Notes: generated by a model from the sequence alone, not told the origin. Positions 28,969 to 38,753 are shown, counted from the first letter of the stretch. The stretch is 64,000 nt of DNA from Arcicella sp. (GCA_025354645.1 JANXML010000158.1:19316-83315); one strand, 5' to 3'. Program-made: numbers and translations.

Positions 28969-29514
28969 ATGAAGATTTCAAAAATTATCCTCTTTTTGTT
29001 TTTTATTTCGGTAAGTATCGTGTCTGTCAAAGCACAGTCTGAAGACGAAGCCGTGAAAATGTGTGTCAATAATTACCTTGATGGTGTTTCAAAAGGAGAT
29101 GGTGCTAAATTGAATCAGGCTTTTCACCCAACGGCAATGCTTAGAACAGTTAGTGCTACGGGTGCAATTCAAGATATTCCAGTGGCAAAATTTGTGGCAT
29201 CAATGCCCGCAGGAGGTATTTCAACGAAAGGTGGTTCAACAAAAATGGTTTCATATTCTTATGTAGGCGTTTCTGCCTTAGCGACGGTTGAACTTATTTT
29301 TGGTGATTTCAAATACATTGACTTATTGAGTATGTTGAAGTTTGGCAATGAGTGGAAAATCGTTAGTCGTGTATTTAGCCGTGCTGAATTGGATGCTCAA
29401 GTGAAAGGCATGGGAGCAAGTTCTTCAACGGTTGTGGCAAATGCACCTATGAAAGCTGCCCCTAAGAAATCTTCAACCGCAAATGTTAAGCCTAAATCGG
29501 ATGATGGTTGGTGA
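28969..29514 (+). CDS. Secreted NTF2-like (putative lumazine-binding / SnoaL-like) protein with low-complexity tail
   Basis: Signal peptide; 'NYLDG...LNQAFHP...YIDLLSMLK...WKIVSRVF'. Confidence 0.75.
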   Translation: MKISKIILFLFFISVSIVSVKAQSEDEAVKMCVNNYLDGVSKGDGAKLNQAFHPTAMLRTVSATGAIQDIPVAKFVASMPAGGISTKGGSTKMVSYSYVGVSALATVELIFGDFKYIDLLSMLKFGNEWKIVSRVFSRAELDAQVKGMGASSSTVVANAPMKAAPKKSSTANVKPKSDDGW

Positions 29515-29518
29515 TTTT

Positions 29519-29546
29519 TCAATGAACAATTATCAATGAGCAATCA
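29519..29546. repeat. Heptamer array
   Basis: TCAATGA ACAATTA TCAATGA GCAATCA, just after the stop codon. Confidence 0.55.
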
Positions 29547-29572
29547 GCAAAAAATAAAATATTACTTTCTCT

Positions 29573-29600
29573 AAGCCCATTTTTTAATGGGCTTTTTGTT
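29573..29600 (+). terminator. Intrinsic terminator
   Basis: AAGCCCATT/AATGGGCTT plus T-tract. Confidence 0.75.
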
Positions 29601-29606
29601 TTTGTT

Positions 29607-29638
29607 TTTGCGAAAAAAAGGATTAATTTCTAACTTTG
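29607..29638 (+). promoter_or_regulatory. Bacteroidota promoter for yebC
   Basis: TTTG (29607-29610), 20-nt spacer, TAACTTTG (29631-29638). Confidence 0.7.
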
Positions 29639-29728
29639 TTAAATTGCAAAAAAACAATTTTTTAATAATAAATAATTTCAATCTAAAATATTTTAAGTCA
29701 CTGATTATAAGTTAATTACGTAATTTTT

Positions 29729-29763
29729 ACCAATAACTAATAACCATTAACTAATCACCAACC
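29729..29763. repeat. Heptamer array abutting the yebC start codon
   Basis: ACCAATA ACTAATA ACCATTA ACTAATC ACCAACC, then A-ATG. Confidence 0.7.
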
Positions 29764-29764
29764 A

Positions 29765-30481
29765 ATGGGAAGAGCATTTGAATTTAGAAAAGCCAGAAAA
29801 TTTAAGAGATGGGGACAGATGGCAAAAACGTTTACCAAAATAGGTAAAGATATCGTAATTGCTGTAAAATCAGGTGGACCTGATCCACATTCAAATTCAC
29901 GTTTACGAGCCATTATTCAAAATGCAAAGGCAGTAAATATGCCTAAGGACAACGTTGAAAGAGCGATTAAAAAAGCGTCTTCAAAAGAACAAGAAGATTA
30001 TAAAGAAATTGTTTACGAAGGATATGCGGCTCACGGAATTGCAATTTTAGTAGAATGTACTACTGATAACACCAATCGAAGCATTGCCAACATAAGAAAC
30101 CATTTTACGAAATGCGGAGGGACTATTGGAACAACTGGAATGTTAGATTTTATCTTCGACCGTAAATGTGTTTTCAAAATTGCTAAAACAGAAGATATAG
30201 ACACAGAAGAATTGGAATTTGAATTAATTGACTATGGTGCAGACGAAGTTTTCTTGGATTTAGAGTCTAATCAAATCAATATTTATGGAGAATTTACGGC
30301 GTATGGTTCCCTTCAAAAAGTTTTAGAAGAGAAAGGATTTGAGCTTTTGGGAGCTGATTTTGAGCGTATCCCTAATGATTCAAAAGAAGTAACAGAAACG
30401 CAAATGGCTGATGTTGATAAACTTTTAGAACGATTGGAAGAAGATGATGATGTGCAGAATGTTTATCATAATATGAGATAA
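29765..30481 (+). CDS. yebC: YebC/PmpR family protein
   Basis: MGRAFEFRKARK, NMPKDNVERAI, YEGY, TDNTNRS, DDDVQNVYHN. Confidence 0.95.
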   Translation: MGRAFEFRKARKFKRWGQMAKTFTKIGKDIVIAVKSGGPDPHSNSRLRAIIQNAKAVNMPKDNVERAIKKASSKEQEDYKEIVYEGYAAHGIAILVECTTDNTNRSIANIRNHFTKCGGTIGTTGMLDFIFDRKCVFKIAKTEDIDTEELEFELIDYGADEVFLDLESNQINIYGEFTAYGSLQKVLEEKGFELLGADFERIPNDSKEVTETQMADVDKLLERLEEDDDVQNVYHNMR

Positions 30482-30482
30482 G

Positions 30483-30512
30483 AAAAAAGCCAGAAAATTA
30501 TCTGGCTTTTTT
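30483..30512 (+). terminator. Intrinsic terminator after yebC
   Basis: AAAAAAGCCAGA/TCTGGCTTTTTT. Confidence 0.75.
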
Positions 30513-30662
30513 GCTGTATTGCTTCTTGCTATTATTTGATAAAGATTCTGTTAAGAAAATTTATCGTACACAAAAATAACAATTATCTTAACAATTGATT
30601 AGTTTTTATTGTGGATGACCATATTTTGTATGTAAAAGTGGCTCATAATTTATTAAACGTAT

Positions 30663-31394
30663 ATGCGATACTTCATAGAGTGTGCTTATCGAGGTACAAA
30701 TTACAGTGGATGGCAAATTCAAAATAATGCTTTAACCGTCCAAGAAGAAATTGAAAAGGCATTATTTACGCTTCTAAAACAAAAAGTTGACATTACAGGA
30801 AGCAGTCGAACCGATGCTGGTGTACATGCTGTACAACAGATTGCCCATTTTGAATTGGAGGATGAAATAATTGATTGCGAAAATTTGGTTTATAGAATGA
30901 ACAAGTTATTGACTCATGAAATATCTGTTCAAAAAATATTTAAGGTTGCTGATTACTACCATTCAAGATTTGAGGCAATTTCACGGAAATATGAATATAG
31001 AATATCGAGAAAAAAGAATCCATTTCAAAGAGGAATTTCTTATGAATTTAATGGAGATTTGGACATTAAATTAATGAATAATGCTTGTAAAACTCTTTTT
31101 AAATTTGTTGATTATCAATGTTTTAGTAAAATAAATACTGATGTTTTAACATTTAACTGCACAATTTCAGAAGCCTATTGGATAGAAGAGTCAAAAGATT
31201 TATTAGTATTTAAAATTAAAGCAAATCGTTTTCTTCGTGGCATGGTTAGGGCAATAGTTGGAACACTTTTGGAAGTTGGAATGGGAAAACTTTCTGATTT
31301 AGATTTTGAAGAAATTATTCTTTCAAAAGATAGAAAAAATGCTGGAAGGGCTGTGCCAGCCGAAGGATTATTTTTGATGGAAGTAAACTACTGA
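30663..31394 (+). CDS. truA: tRNA pseudouridine(38-40) synthase
   Basis: YRGTNYSGWQIQ, GSSRTDAGVHA, FLRGMVR, PAEGLFL. Confidence 0.96.
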   Translation: MRYFIECAYRGTNYSGWQIQNNALTVQEEIEKALFTLLKQKVDITGSSRTDAGVHAVQQIAHFELEDEIIDCENLVYRMNKLLTHEISVQKIFKVADYYHSRFEAISRKYEYRISRKKNPFQRGISYEFNGDLDIKLMNNACKTLFKFVDYQCFSKINTDVLTFNCTISEAYWIEESKDLLVFKIKANRFLRGMVRAIVGTLLEVGMGKLSDLDFEEIILSKDRKNAGRAVPAEGLFLMEVNY

Positions 31395-31428
31395 ATGTTA
31401 TATAAAACGGCGTTTAATAAATTTTTTC

Positions 31429-31514
31429 AGAAAAGGATTTTAAAGATTATCAAGAACAATAGGATTAGTACTTTTTAATCCTGTTGTTCCTGATAACCTT
31501 TAAAATCCTTTTCT
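31429..31514. repeat. 39-bp inverted repeat (36/39) between convergent truA and T9SS esterase genes
   Basis: AGAAAAGGATTTTAAAGATTATCAAGAACAATAGGATTA, 8-nt loop, then its near-perfect reverse complement. Confidence 0.9.
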
Positions 31515-31536
31515 AATTTTTACGTAAGAAAACCTT

Positions 31537-34500
31537 TTAATTAATGATTAGTTTTTTACTAAAAAGCAAATCTTGATTTTGAAAAATTAAAATGTAACTT
31601 CCTGATTGATAATAATTTAACTGGATTACTAATTCATTAGTTTTCGTAATATCTTTACTAAAAATCTCGGTTCCTCTCAAATCTATAATCTTAACTTGTC
31701 CTGTTGTCGGTTTTGAAAATCTTAACATTACTTGCGTATTTGAAGGATTTGGGAACAATTCAAATACACCAAATATCTCTTGCTCATTCGCTAAAATCGT
31801 TGCCGTTGTGCCTTTTGCTGTAATGAAATCAGATTCTGTTTTGTCACCGTATGCTTTTAAACGATAGAAATAAGTTGTTTTTCCTTTCAACGATATATCA
31901 ACGTATTCGGTTTTTGAAGCATCTAATTTCGTTAATTCTATGTAATCTTCGCTTTCAGAATTCTTTTTTTCTAAAATGTATTGGGTGGCATTTGGAATAG
32001 GTTTCCAAGCAATTTTTAGAGCATCAAATGAAGTTGAGGTAATGGTTAATTCTGGGATTGAAAGTAAACTTGGTGTTGTTGCCTCAACCGTCAATGGAAG
32101 TGATTCCGTTAAGCCTCCAACCGCCTTGATCCTGTATGAATAAAGTGTGTTGGGAGCTAAATCTTTATCCGTAAATGATAATACAGTTGGTTCATAAGTT
32201 CCTAAAACTTTATAATCTTGGGTTGGTGATTTTCTTTCTAAAATGAAAGAACTTGAATTTGGAACTGCTTTCCAATTTAATCTTATTGAATTGTAATATA
32301 AAACTGTTATTATTGGTTCGGGACTTTGAAGAGGAACAAGCGTTTTTACCTCAATGTTGGCAAACGCAGATTCTGTAAATGCTCCAATTGCTTTAACCCT
32401 ATAAGTGTATAATGTGCTGCTTTTCAATGACTTATCATCATATTCAAGAGTTTTTGCATCAATTTTTATAATATTTTCAAAAGTATTTGATGTTAAGTTT
32501 TTCCTTTCAATTACATAATTAATTGCTTCTCCAACCGCTTTCCAAGATAGTTTTACTGATTCAGTTCCTGTGGCAGTTGCCGTTAAATTTGGTAAATCTA
32601 AGGCTTTGGGTGTTATGATTTGAACATTTGAATATTCCGATTCTACATTATCTGCTATTGCCCTAATTCTAAAAGTATAATTGGTATTTCCAGCTAAGTT
32701 ATCTATTAAAAATGAAAGCGTTCCTCTTGGAATAGATTTCACAAAAGTGTATTTATCAACCTGCAAATCCTTGATTTCTACTTGGTAAGAATTTGCATTT
32801 GCAACCTCTTTCCAGGTCAATTGAACAGATGAAGCCGTTTGAATTTTTGCCGATAATGTGGGAATACTTAACGGGTCAGCAATGGCTTGTTTATGGAATG
32901 AAAAAGCACTCATACCTCGCTGATTCTTCAAAAATGGACCACCAAAAAAACCTCTTAAATCTGTTGAGTAATTCAGTGGATAATAAGGTGGTAAATACGT
33001 AAGTGTCTGATTACCAGTATATTCAGAAGTTTTTATAATGATTTTATTATTTTCTGCACGACCCGATAAAACTTTATCCGTTGCATTATTCAAATAAATA
33101 TAATCCTTCATAAAATACTTTCGAGAAGTTCCGTCATCCTGTTTATAAGTTGAATCAGAAGTCCAAACCATCTTTTGGGAATCTTCAAAAAGTATCGTTA
33201 TTTCATCTTTTGCTACTGTAGAATAATAAACTTTCTGAACGTTTGGTGAGGTAATTTGAAGCGTATCGGTTGCTCCATAAAAGTCACGAGAAACCAGTTT
33301 AAACACATCAGAGGCTATCTTTTTATAGCCATCAACGGTATAATGACCGCCATCATATCCGTTATTTCCAACGGTTGAAACGACTTCAGTTTTAGGAAAT
33401 ATTTTTTTAATTTGACGTTGATAATCACGCAAATCTGCGGCTTCGGCAAAAGGGAAAGCAGTGATATTTATTTGAAAAACATAAAACTTTCCAACGGTTG
33501 GATAATCCGTTTTCCAGAAATTATATAATTTTTCAAATTCAGGTTTCCAAATTGAAGGTTTGTCAATCGCTTCCGCTTCGCCTTGCCAAAAGAAAAATCC
33601 TTTCAAATCATTAAAATGACCAGATTTTTTTGCTCTGTATAAAAGCCTTCCGTAAACATTTGAAACATTACTTGGATTTGAAGCATCACGATTAGCGTGT
33701 TCTGTAATGGACGAACCGCTGATGGCTTCATTAATAAAACAAATTGGAATACCATATTTTTCAACCAATTGTCTTTGCAATTCTATCCCCCAAACACCCA
33801 CAAAAGGCTTTGCATTATTGGATAAAGCCCAAGTGGTATCCGCTTCAGTAATGAAAGCATTACCACTTTTTGCCTGACCAAAAGTTCTACAAAAATCGTT
33901 TCTATAATCTGAATTTGGAAAATTATTTGAAACATTCCACGATGCTGCATTCGATTGTCCATTAATGAGGTAACTATCACCAGCCACAATATTCTCACGG
34001 GACGTAACTAACACAGAATCAGCACCTTTGATGGCGTAAAGTCTGAAATTATAATTTGCTAATTCTGATTTTATCGTCTGTGAAAAAGAGAAATTTGCAG
34101 AATTGCCAGTATAATTTAAGGTTGATTTGAAGTATTTTAGAGATGAATTATTTCGTAGTACCAAAAGCGATAAAGCATTATAACCTGTGGTTTCAATCTT
34201 TCCAACAATTGAAACTATTGCTTCATTTTTTCCATTTCGAGGAAACACCTGAAAATTTTGTGGGACAGATGAAAAATTTACTTTTGGAACTTCAACAATG
34301 ATAAATGGATCAATCTTAACTTCATAAAAAGACAAAGCTCGTAAGCCTTTTTTATTTTTAATATAGGGTCCTGTATATGGAAAATCTGGACTTTTTGAAT
34401 CAATAAAAGGTGGTAAATAAGAAATCAAAGTAGCAATAGTCGGGGCATTTAATTTTAAAATAACTTGATTTCCAGAAGCAAATCCCGATGAAACAACGCC

Positions 34501-35745
34501 ATTAATTCCGTTCAAATAATATTGATTTTTCATTAACAAATTTCTTTCTTGGTCAATCCAACTCAAATCTTGTCCAATGTCAAATTGAAGCGTTATTTCT
34601 GTTTTTTCTTTATTGGAGAAAAACGCTTTTCTAATATTTGGAAAGTTAATATTGTCTGTATCAATTGAGTTATAAAAGTCTCGTCCAACCAATCTTGAAA
34701 ACTCTTGTGCATTCTGATTATATCCGTCAGATGAATAATGCAAACCATCAAAACCAAGCGTTCCAACGGATGCAACTACTTGAATATCAGGGTATTTATC
34801 GGCTTCTTTTCTTTGAATATCTCTCACCTGTGGAGCATCAGGACGGGCAAAATCAATGATGTCAATTTGAAAAAGATAGATTTTTTTGATGGAAGGTAAA
34901 TCAGTTTTTAGATTTTTATAATATATATCAAAATTACCTCCCCAATCTGAACCTTCTCCATAGGCTTCTGTTTCTCCTTGTCGGTAAATCATTGCTTTCA
35001 CTGATTGAGTAACCCCCGCTTTTTGGATTCTATACAACATTCTGCCGTATCCATTCGTCAAATCTGTTGGATTATTTGCAGTTCTGGTGGCGTGCTGTTT
35101 CATAGAAGACCAATTGAATCCACCATTAATTAAGCAAGTAGGAATTCCGTATTTCTCTAAAATAGTCTGTTGAAATTCAAAACCCATTGTTCCAACGCCT
35201 TGATTATAAGCATCTTGGTTGGATAATGCCCAAAGTGTGTCAGCTGGATTTGTGTTTTCTGTTCCCCAAGTACCAGAAATTTTTCCGAAGGTTCGGCAAA
35301 ATTCATTTTTCCGAATATCATTAAAAAATACGGTTGCATTTGATTGCCCAGACATGATATATACATCTCCTGAAACAACGTTCTCACGATTAATCAGATT
35401 TAGAGAGTCTTTTGCTCTAACTGCATAAATTTTAAAGTCATATTCGGCTTTCTCAGCCTTAATTTTTATGGAAGAAAAAGAAAATTTTCCGATTGAATTG
35501 GAGTAAGTAATTGGAGCTTTTTGATAACCTATTAATTGTTTATTTCTAAAAATTTGTACCGAAAAATAATCCCAACCCGTTTCTTCAATCTTTCCAGAAA
35601 TTGGCACAAAAGCTTCATTCAGTTCATTTCGAGGGTATAATTGATAATTTTGCGGAAGTTTATCAAAGGTTGTAGCAAAGTATTTTTGTGCTTTGATGGA
35701 TGCACAAAAAAGTAAAAAGAAAAAGAGTGTGTTGTAAATTTTCAT
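31537..35745 (-). CDS. T9SS cargo: two tandem SGNH (SASA/CE6-like) O-acetylesterase modules + four FN3 repeats + type A C-terminal domain
   Basis: GQSNA...QGE...DGLHY and GQSNA...QGE...DGGHY; four W-containing FN3 repeats; LFPNP...GSYIL...KKLII C-terminal domain. Confidence 0.85.
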   Translation of the reverse strand: MKIYNTLFFFLLFCASIKAQKYFATTFDKLPQNYQLYPRNELNEAFVPISGKIEETGWDYFSVQIFRNKQLIGYQKAPITYSNSIGKFSFSSIKIKAEKAEYDFKIYAVRAKDSLNLINRENVVSGDVYIMSGQSNATVFFNDIRKNEFCRTFGKISGTWGTENTNPADTLWALSNQDAYNQGVGTMGFEFQQTILEKYGIPTCLINGGFNWSSMKQHATRTANNPTDLTNGYGRMLYRIQKAGVTQSVKAMIYRQGETEAYGEGSDWGGNFDIYYKNLKTDLPSIKKIYLFQIDIIDFARPDAPQVRDIQRKEADKYPDIQVVASVGTLGFDGLHYSSDGYNQNAQEFSRLVGRDFYNSIDTDNINFPNIRKAFFSNKEKTEITLQFDIGQDLSWIDQERNLLMKNQYYLNGINGVVSSGFASGNQVILKLNAPTIATLISYLPPFIDSKSPDFPYTGPYIKNKKGLRALSFYEVKIDPFIIVEVPKVNFSSVPQNFQVFPRNGKNEAIVSIVGKIETTGYNALSLLVLRNNSSLKYFKSTLNYTGNSANFSFSQTIKSELANYNFRLYAIKGADSVLVTSRENIVAGDSYLINGQSNAASWNVSNNFPNSDYRNDFCRTFGQAKSGNAFITEADTTWALSNNAKPFVGVWGIELQRQLVEKYGIPICFINEAISGSSITEHANRDASNPSNVSNVYGRLLYRAKKSGHFNDLKGFFFWQGEAEAIDKPSIWKPEFEKLYNFWKTDYPTVGKFYVFQINITAFPFAEAADLRDYQRQIKKIFPKTEVVSTVGNNGYDGGHYTVDGYKKIASDVFKLVSRDFYGATDTLQITSPNVQKVYYSTVAKDEITILFEDSQKMVWTSDSTYKQDDGTSRKYFMKDYIYLNNATDKVLSGRAENNKIIIKTSEYTGNQTLTYLPPYYPLNYSTDLRGFFGGPFLKNQRGMSAFSFHKQAIADPLSIPTLSAKIQTASSVQLTWKEVANANSYQVEIKDLQVDKYTFVKSIPRGTLSFLIDNLAGNTNYTFRIRAIADNVESEYSNVQIITPKALDLPNLTATATGTESVKLSWKAVGEAINYVIERKNLTSNTFENIIKIDAKTLEYDDKSLKSSTLYTYRVKAIGAFTESAFANIEVKTLVPLQSPEPIITVLYYNSIRLNWKAVPNSSSFILERKSPTQDYKVLGTYEPTVLSFTDKDLAPNTLYSYRIKAVGGLTESLPLTVEATTPSLLSIPELTITSTSFDALKIAWKPIPNATQYILEKKNSESEDYIELTKLDASKTEYVDISLKGKTTYFYRLKAYGDKTESDFITAKGTTATILANEQEIFGVFELFPNPSNTQVMLRFSKPTTGQVKIIDLRGTEIFSKDITKTNELVIQLNYYQSGSYILIFQNQDLLFSKKLIIN

Positions 35746-35867
35746 TCAGATTCTATAGGTTTATTTTTTTGAATTAATTATGACATTACTTATCAATTAA
35801 TATACGTAATTTTTTTACTATGAGATTGTTAATTTAAGTTTTGGAATTTCAAAACGCTAATAATCAA

Positions 35868-38753
35868 CTATTTACCCTCAAAAATCCGTTTCACTTCATT
35901 CAATTTTAATAACGCTTCAATGGGAGACATCGTATTAATATCCAAATTTTTTAAAAGGCTTTCAATTTTTTCAGTCTTCGGATTTTTTTCAGCCTCAAAA
36001 ATTGCCATTTGAAAATTCTGTTTAGGCATTTCTCTGATGGTCTGTCTATGTTGTTCTTTTGAACGATTTTTCTCTAATTCCACCAAAATTTCACTGGCAC
36101 GATACACCACATTTTGTGGGATTCCAGCCAATTGAGCCACGTGAATTCCAAAACTATGTTCCGAACCACCTTCTTGCAACTTACGCATAAAAATTACTTT
36201 CCCATTGATTTCTTTTACAGAAACATTGAAATTCTTAACCCTCGAAAAATCATTTGCCAATTCATTCAATTCGTGATAATGCGTAGCAAAAAGCGTTTTC
36301 GGACGACAATCCGAGTGGTTATGCAAGTATTCAGCAATCGCCCAAGCAATCGAAACGCCATCATACGTACTGGTTCCACGACCAATTTCATCCATTAAAA
36401 CGAGACTTCTATCGGAAAGGTTGTTTAGAATACTGGCAGTTTCTGTCATTTCAACCATAAAAGTTGATTCTCCTTTCGAGAGATTATCGCTCGCTCCAAC
36501 TCGGGTAAAAACTTTATCGACTATCCCAATCTTTGCTTCGGTGGCAGGAACAAAACAGCCAATTTGAGCCATTAGAACTATCAATGCGGTTTGCCGTAAA
36601 AGGGCTGATTTCCCTGCCATATTTGGACCCGTAATAATGATAATCTGTTGCGTTACATCATCCAAATATAAATCGTTCGGAACGTATTTTTCACCCAATG
36701 GCAATTGTTGTTCGATTACGGGATGTCGTCCATTAATTACGTTAAGTATCTTACTATCAGTAACTTCTGGCTTTGAATAATTGTTTTTAACCGCCACTTT
36801 TGCAAAATTTGTTAACACATCAAGCACTGCAATTATCTTGGCATTTTGTTGAATTTGGTGGATATATTCGTTCGCAACGTTTACTAATTCGTTAAAAATT
36901 CGTTGCTCGATTACATTGATTTTATCCTCCGCACCCAAAATAGTTTCCTCATATTCTTTGAGTTCGGGCGTGATGTATCTCTCCGCATTTACAAGCGTTT
37001 GCTTACGAATCCAATCTTCGGGAACTTTATCTTTGTGTGAATTAGTCACTTCTAAGTAATATCCAAAAACTCGATTAAACGAAATCTTCAAAGAAGTGAT
37101 ACCCGTACGTTCAATTTCACGGTTTTGAATTTGCATCAAAAAGTCCTTTCCCGTAAAAGCAATAGATAAAAGGGAATCTAAATCTTCATCAATGCCCTGA
37201 CGAATCATCCCGCCCGCATTGCTCAAAACTGGTGGGTCGTCACGAAGTTCTTTCTGGATTTTATCCAATAAAAATTGACAAGGATTTAATTGGTCGGCGT
37301 ACTTAATCAGGATTTGGGATTTAGGATTTGGGATTTGGGATTTGGTAAAATTATTCTCTAAATTATTATCTTCTTTAACTGTTAATTGTTCACTGTTAAC
37401 TGTTAACTGTTTATATTCTGGATTCAAAACTTCATTTAAAAAATCGTCACTACTAATTTCATTTCTTTCAGTATCATCGTCAAAAATGCCTCCACCCACT
37501 GCTAATTCACGAGCATCTTTTTCTGACCGAAAACCTCCTAAAACCTCCAAAGGCTTTCCATTAATCAATTGCCAACGGATGGGCTCGATGTGAAGTAAGG
37601 CTTTTTTAAGCGATAAAAGTTCTCTTGGATTAATTCTTCTCACAGCAACCTTGGAGATAAGTCGCTCTAAATCACCAATTTGCTTCAAATGTGATTCTAA
37701 ACTTTCTCGTAATTCTTCATTTTCTTTAAAGTAAGAAACCGTATTTAATCTTTCTTGAATTTGTGATTTTTCTTTGAGGGGCAAAACCAACCATTTTCTC
37801 AATAACCTTGCCCCCATGGGAGTCATGGTGTTGTCCAAAATCTGAATTAACGGAATGCCGCCTTCTTGCTGTGCCGATACCAATTCCAAGTTCCGAATCG
37901 TGAATTTATCTAACCATACATATTTTTCTTCCTCTAAACGATTGATGCGAGAAATGTGTCCTACTTGCTTGTGTTCAGTCTCCGATAAATAGTGCATAAT
38001 CACACCCGCCGCAATGATTCCTTCGGTGAGCGATTCAATGCCAAAACCTTTTAAGTTGTTAGTTTTGAAGTGATTAGTTAAAAGTGGATACGCAAAATCG
38101 TGTTTGAAAGCCCAATCATCTAAGCCAAATGTTAGGTATTTCTCGCCAAATATTTGGGTATATTCCTGACGATTTTTTTTACAAAATAAGACTTCCGAAG
38201 GGGAAAAACTTTGTAATAATTTTTCAATATAAGACACATTTCCTTGCGAACATAAAAACTCTCCCGTTGAAATATCTAAGAATGCAATCCCCACAACTTC
38301 CTTTGAAAACGATGAAAAACTGATTGAAGCCAAGTAATTATTTTGCTTCATGTCCAACACATTATCGTTGTAGGAGACCCCAGGCGTAACCAATTCCGTA
38401 ACCCCTCTTTTCACGATTCCTTTTGCCGTTGCGGGGTCTTCTAATTGGTCGCAAATCGCTACTCGTTCGCCCGCACGCACCAATCTGGGGAGATAATTGT
38501 CCAAGGAATGATGAGGAAAACCTGCCAAATGATCGTCGGCATTTCCGTTATTTCGTCGGGTTAAAGTAATGTTCAGAATCTTTGAAGCACGAACGGCATC
38601 TTCCCCAAAAGTCTCATAAAAATCACCCACCCGAAACAGCAACATTGCCCCAGGATATTTAAGTTTTATCTGGTTGTATTGTTTAGAGAGGGGCGTTTCG
38701 TGGGATTTTTTCTCTTTATTTTTATCGTTAGGATTATTGGAAGGTCTTGCCAT
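35868..38753 (-). CDS. mutS: DNA mismatch repair protein MutS with an internal insertion
   Basis: FRVGDFYE, TGPNMAGKS, STFMVEM, MDEIGRGTST, FATHYHEL, SFGIHVA. Confidence 0.97.
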   Translation of the reverse strand: MARPSNNPNDKNKEKKSHETPLSKQYNQIKLKYPGAMLLFRVGDFYETFGEDAVRASKILNITLTRRNNGNADDHLAGFPHHSLDNYLPRLVRAGERVAICDQLEDPATAKGIVKRGVTELVTPGVSYNDNVLDMKQNNYLASISFSSFSKEVVGIAFLDISTGEFLCSQGNVSYIEKLLQSFSPSEVLFCKKNRQEYTQIFGEKYLTFGLDDWAFKHDFAYPLLTNHFKTNNLKGFGIESLTEGIIAAGVIMHYLSETEHKQVGHISRINRLEEEKYVWLDKFTIRNLELVSAQQEGGIPLIQILDNTMTPMGARLLRKWLVLPLKEKSQIQERLNTVSYFKENEELRESLESHLKQIGDLERLISKVAVRRINPRELLSLKKALLHIEPIRWQLINGKPLEVLGGFRSEKDARELAVGGGIFDDDTERNEISSDDFLNEVLNPEYKQLTVNSEQLTVKEDNNLENNFTKSQIPNPKSQILIKYADQLNPCQFLLDKIQKELRDDPPVLSNAGGMIRQGIDEDLDSLLSIAFTGKDFLMQIQNREIERTGITSLKISFNRVFGYYLEVTNSHKDKVPEDWIRKQTLVNAERYITPELKEYEETILGAEDKINVIEQRIFNELVNVANEYIHQIQQNAKIIAVLDVLTNFAKVAVKNNYSKPEVTDSKILNVINGRHPVIEQQLPLGEKYVPNDLYLDDVTQQIIIITGPNMAGKSALLRQTALIVLMAQIGCFVPATEAKIGIVDKVFTRVGASDNLSKGESTFMVEMTETASILNNLSDRSLVLMDEIGRGTSTYDGVSIAWAIAEYLHNHSDCRPKTLFATHYHELNELANDFSRVKNFNVSVKEINGKVIFMRKLQEGGSEHSFGIHVAQLAGIPQNVVYRASEILVELEKNRSKEQHRQTIREMPKQNFQMAIFEAEKNPKTEKIESLLKNLDINTMSPIEALLKLNEVKRIFEGK
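37310..37344. repeat. In-frame heptamer array inside mutS (GGATTTR x5)
   Basis: GGATTTG GGATTTA GGATTTG GGATTTG GGATTTG; encodes KSQIPNPKSQI. Confidence 0.9.
37378..37412. repeat. In-frame heptamer array inside mutS (ACTGTTN x5)
   Basis: ACTGTTA ATTGTTC ACTGTTA ACTGTTA ACTGTTT; encodes KQLTVNSEQLTV. Confidence 0.9.

Noticed and set aside
37342-37593. 83-aa plus-strand ORF over the mutS insertion
   Set aside because: It is an antisense shadow of mutS with LLTVNC repeats from the heptamer array; no independent coding evidence.
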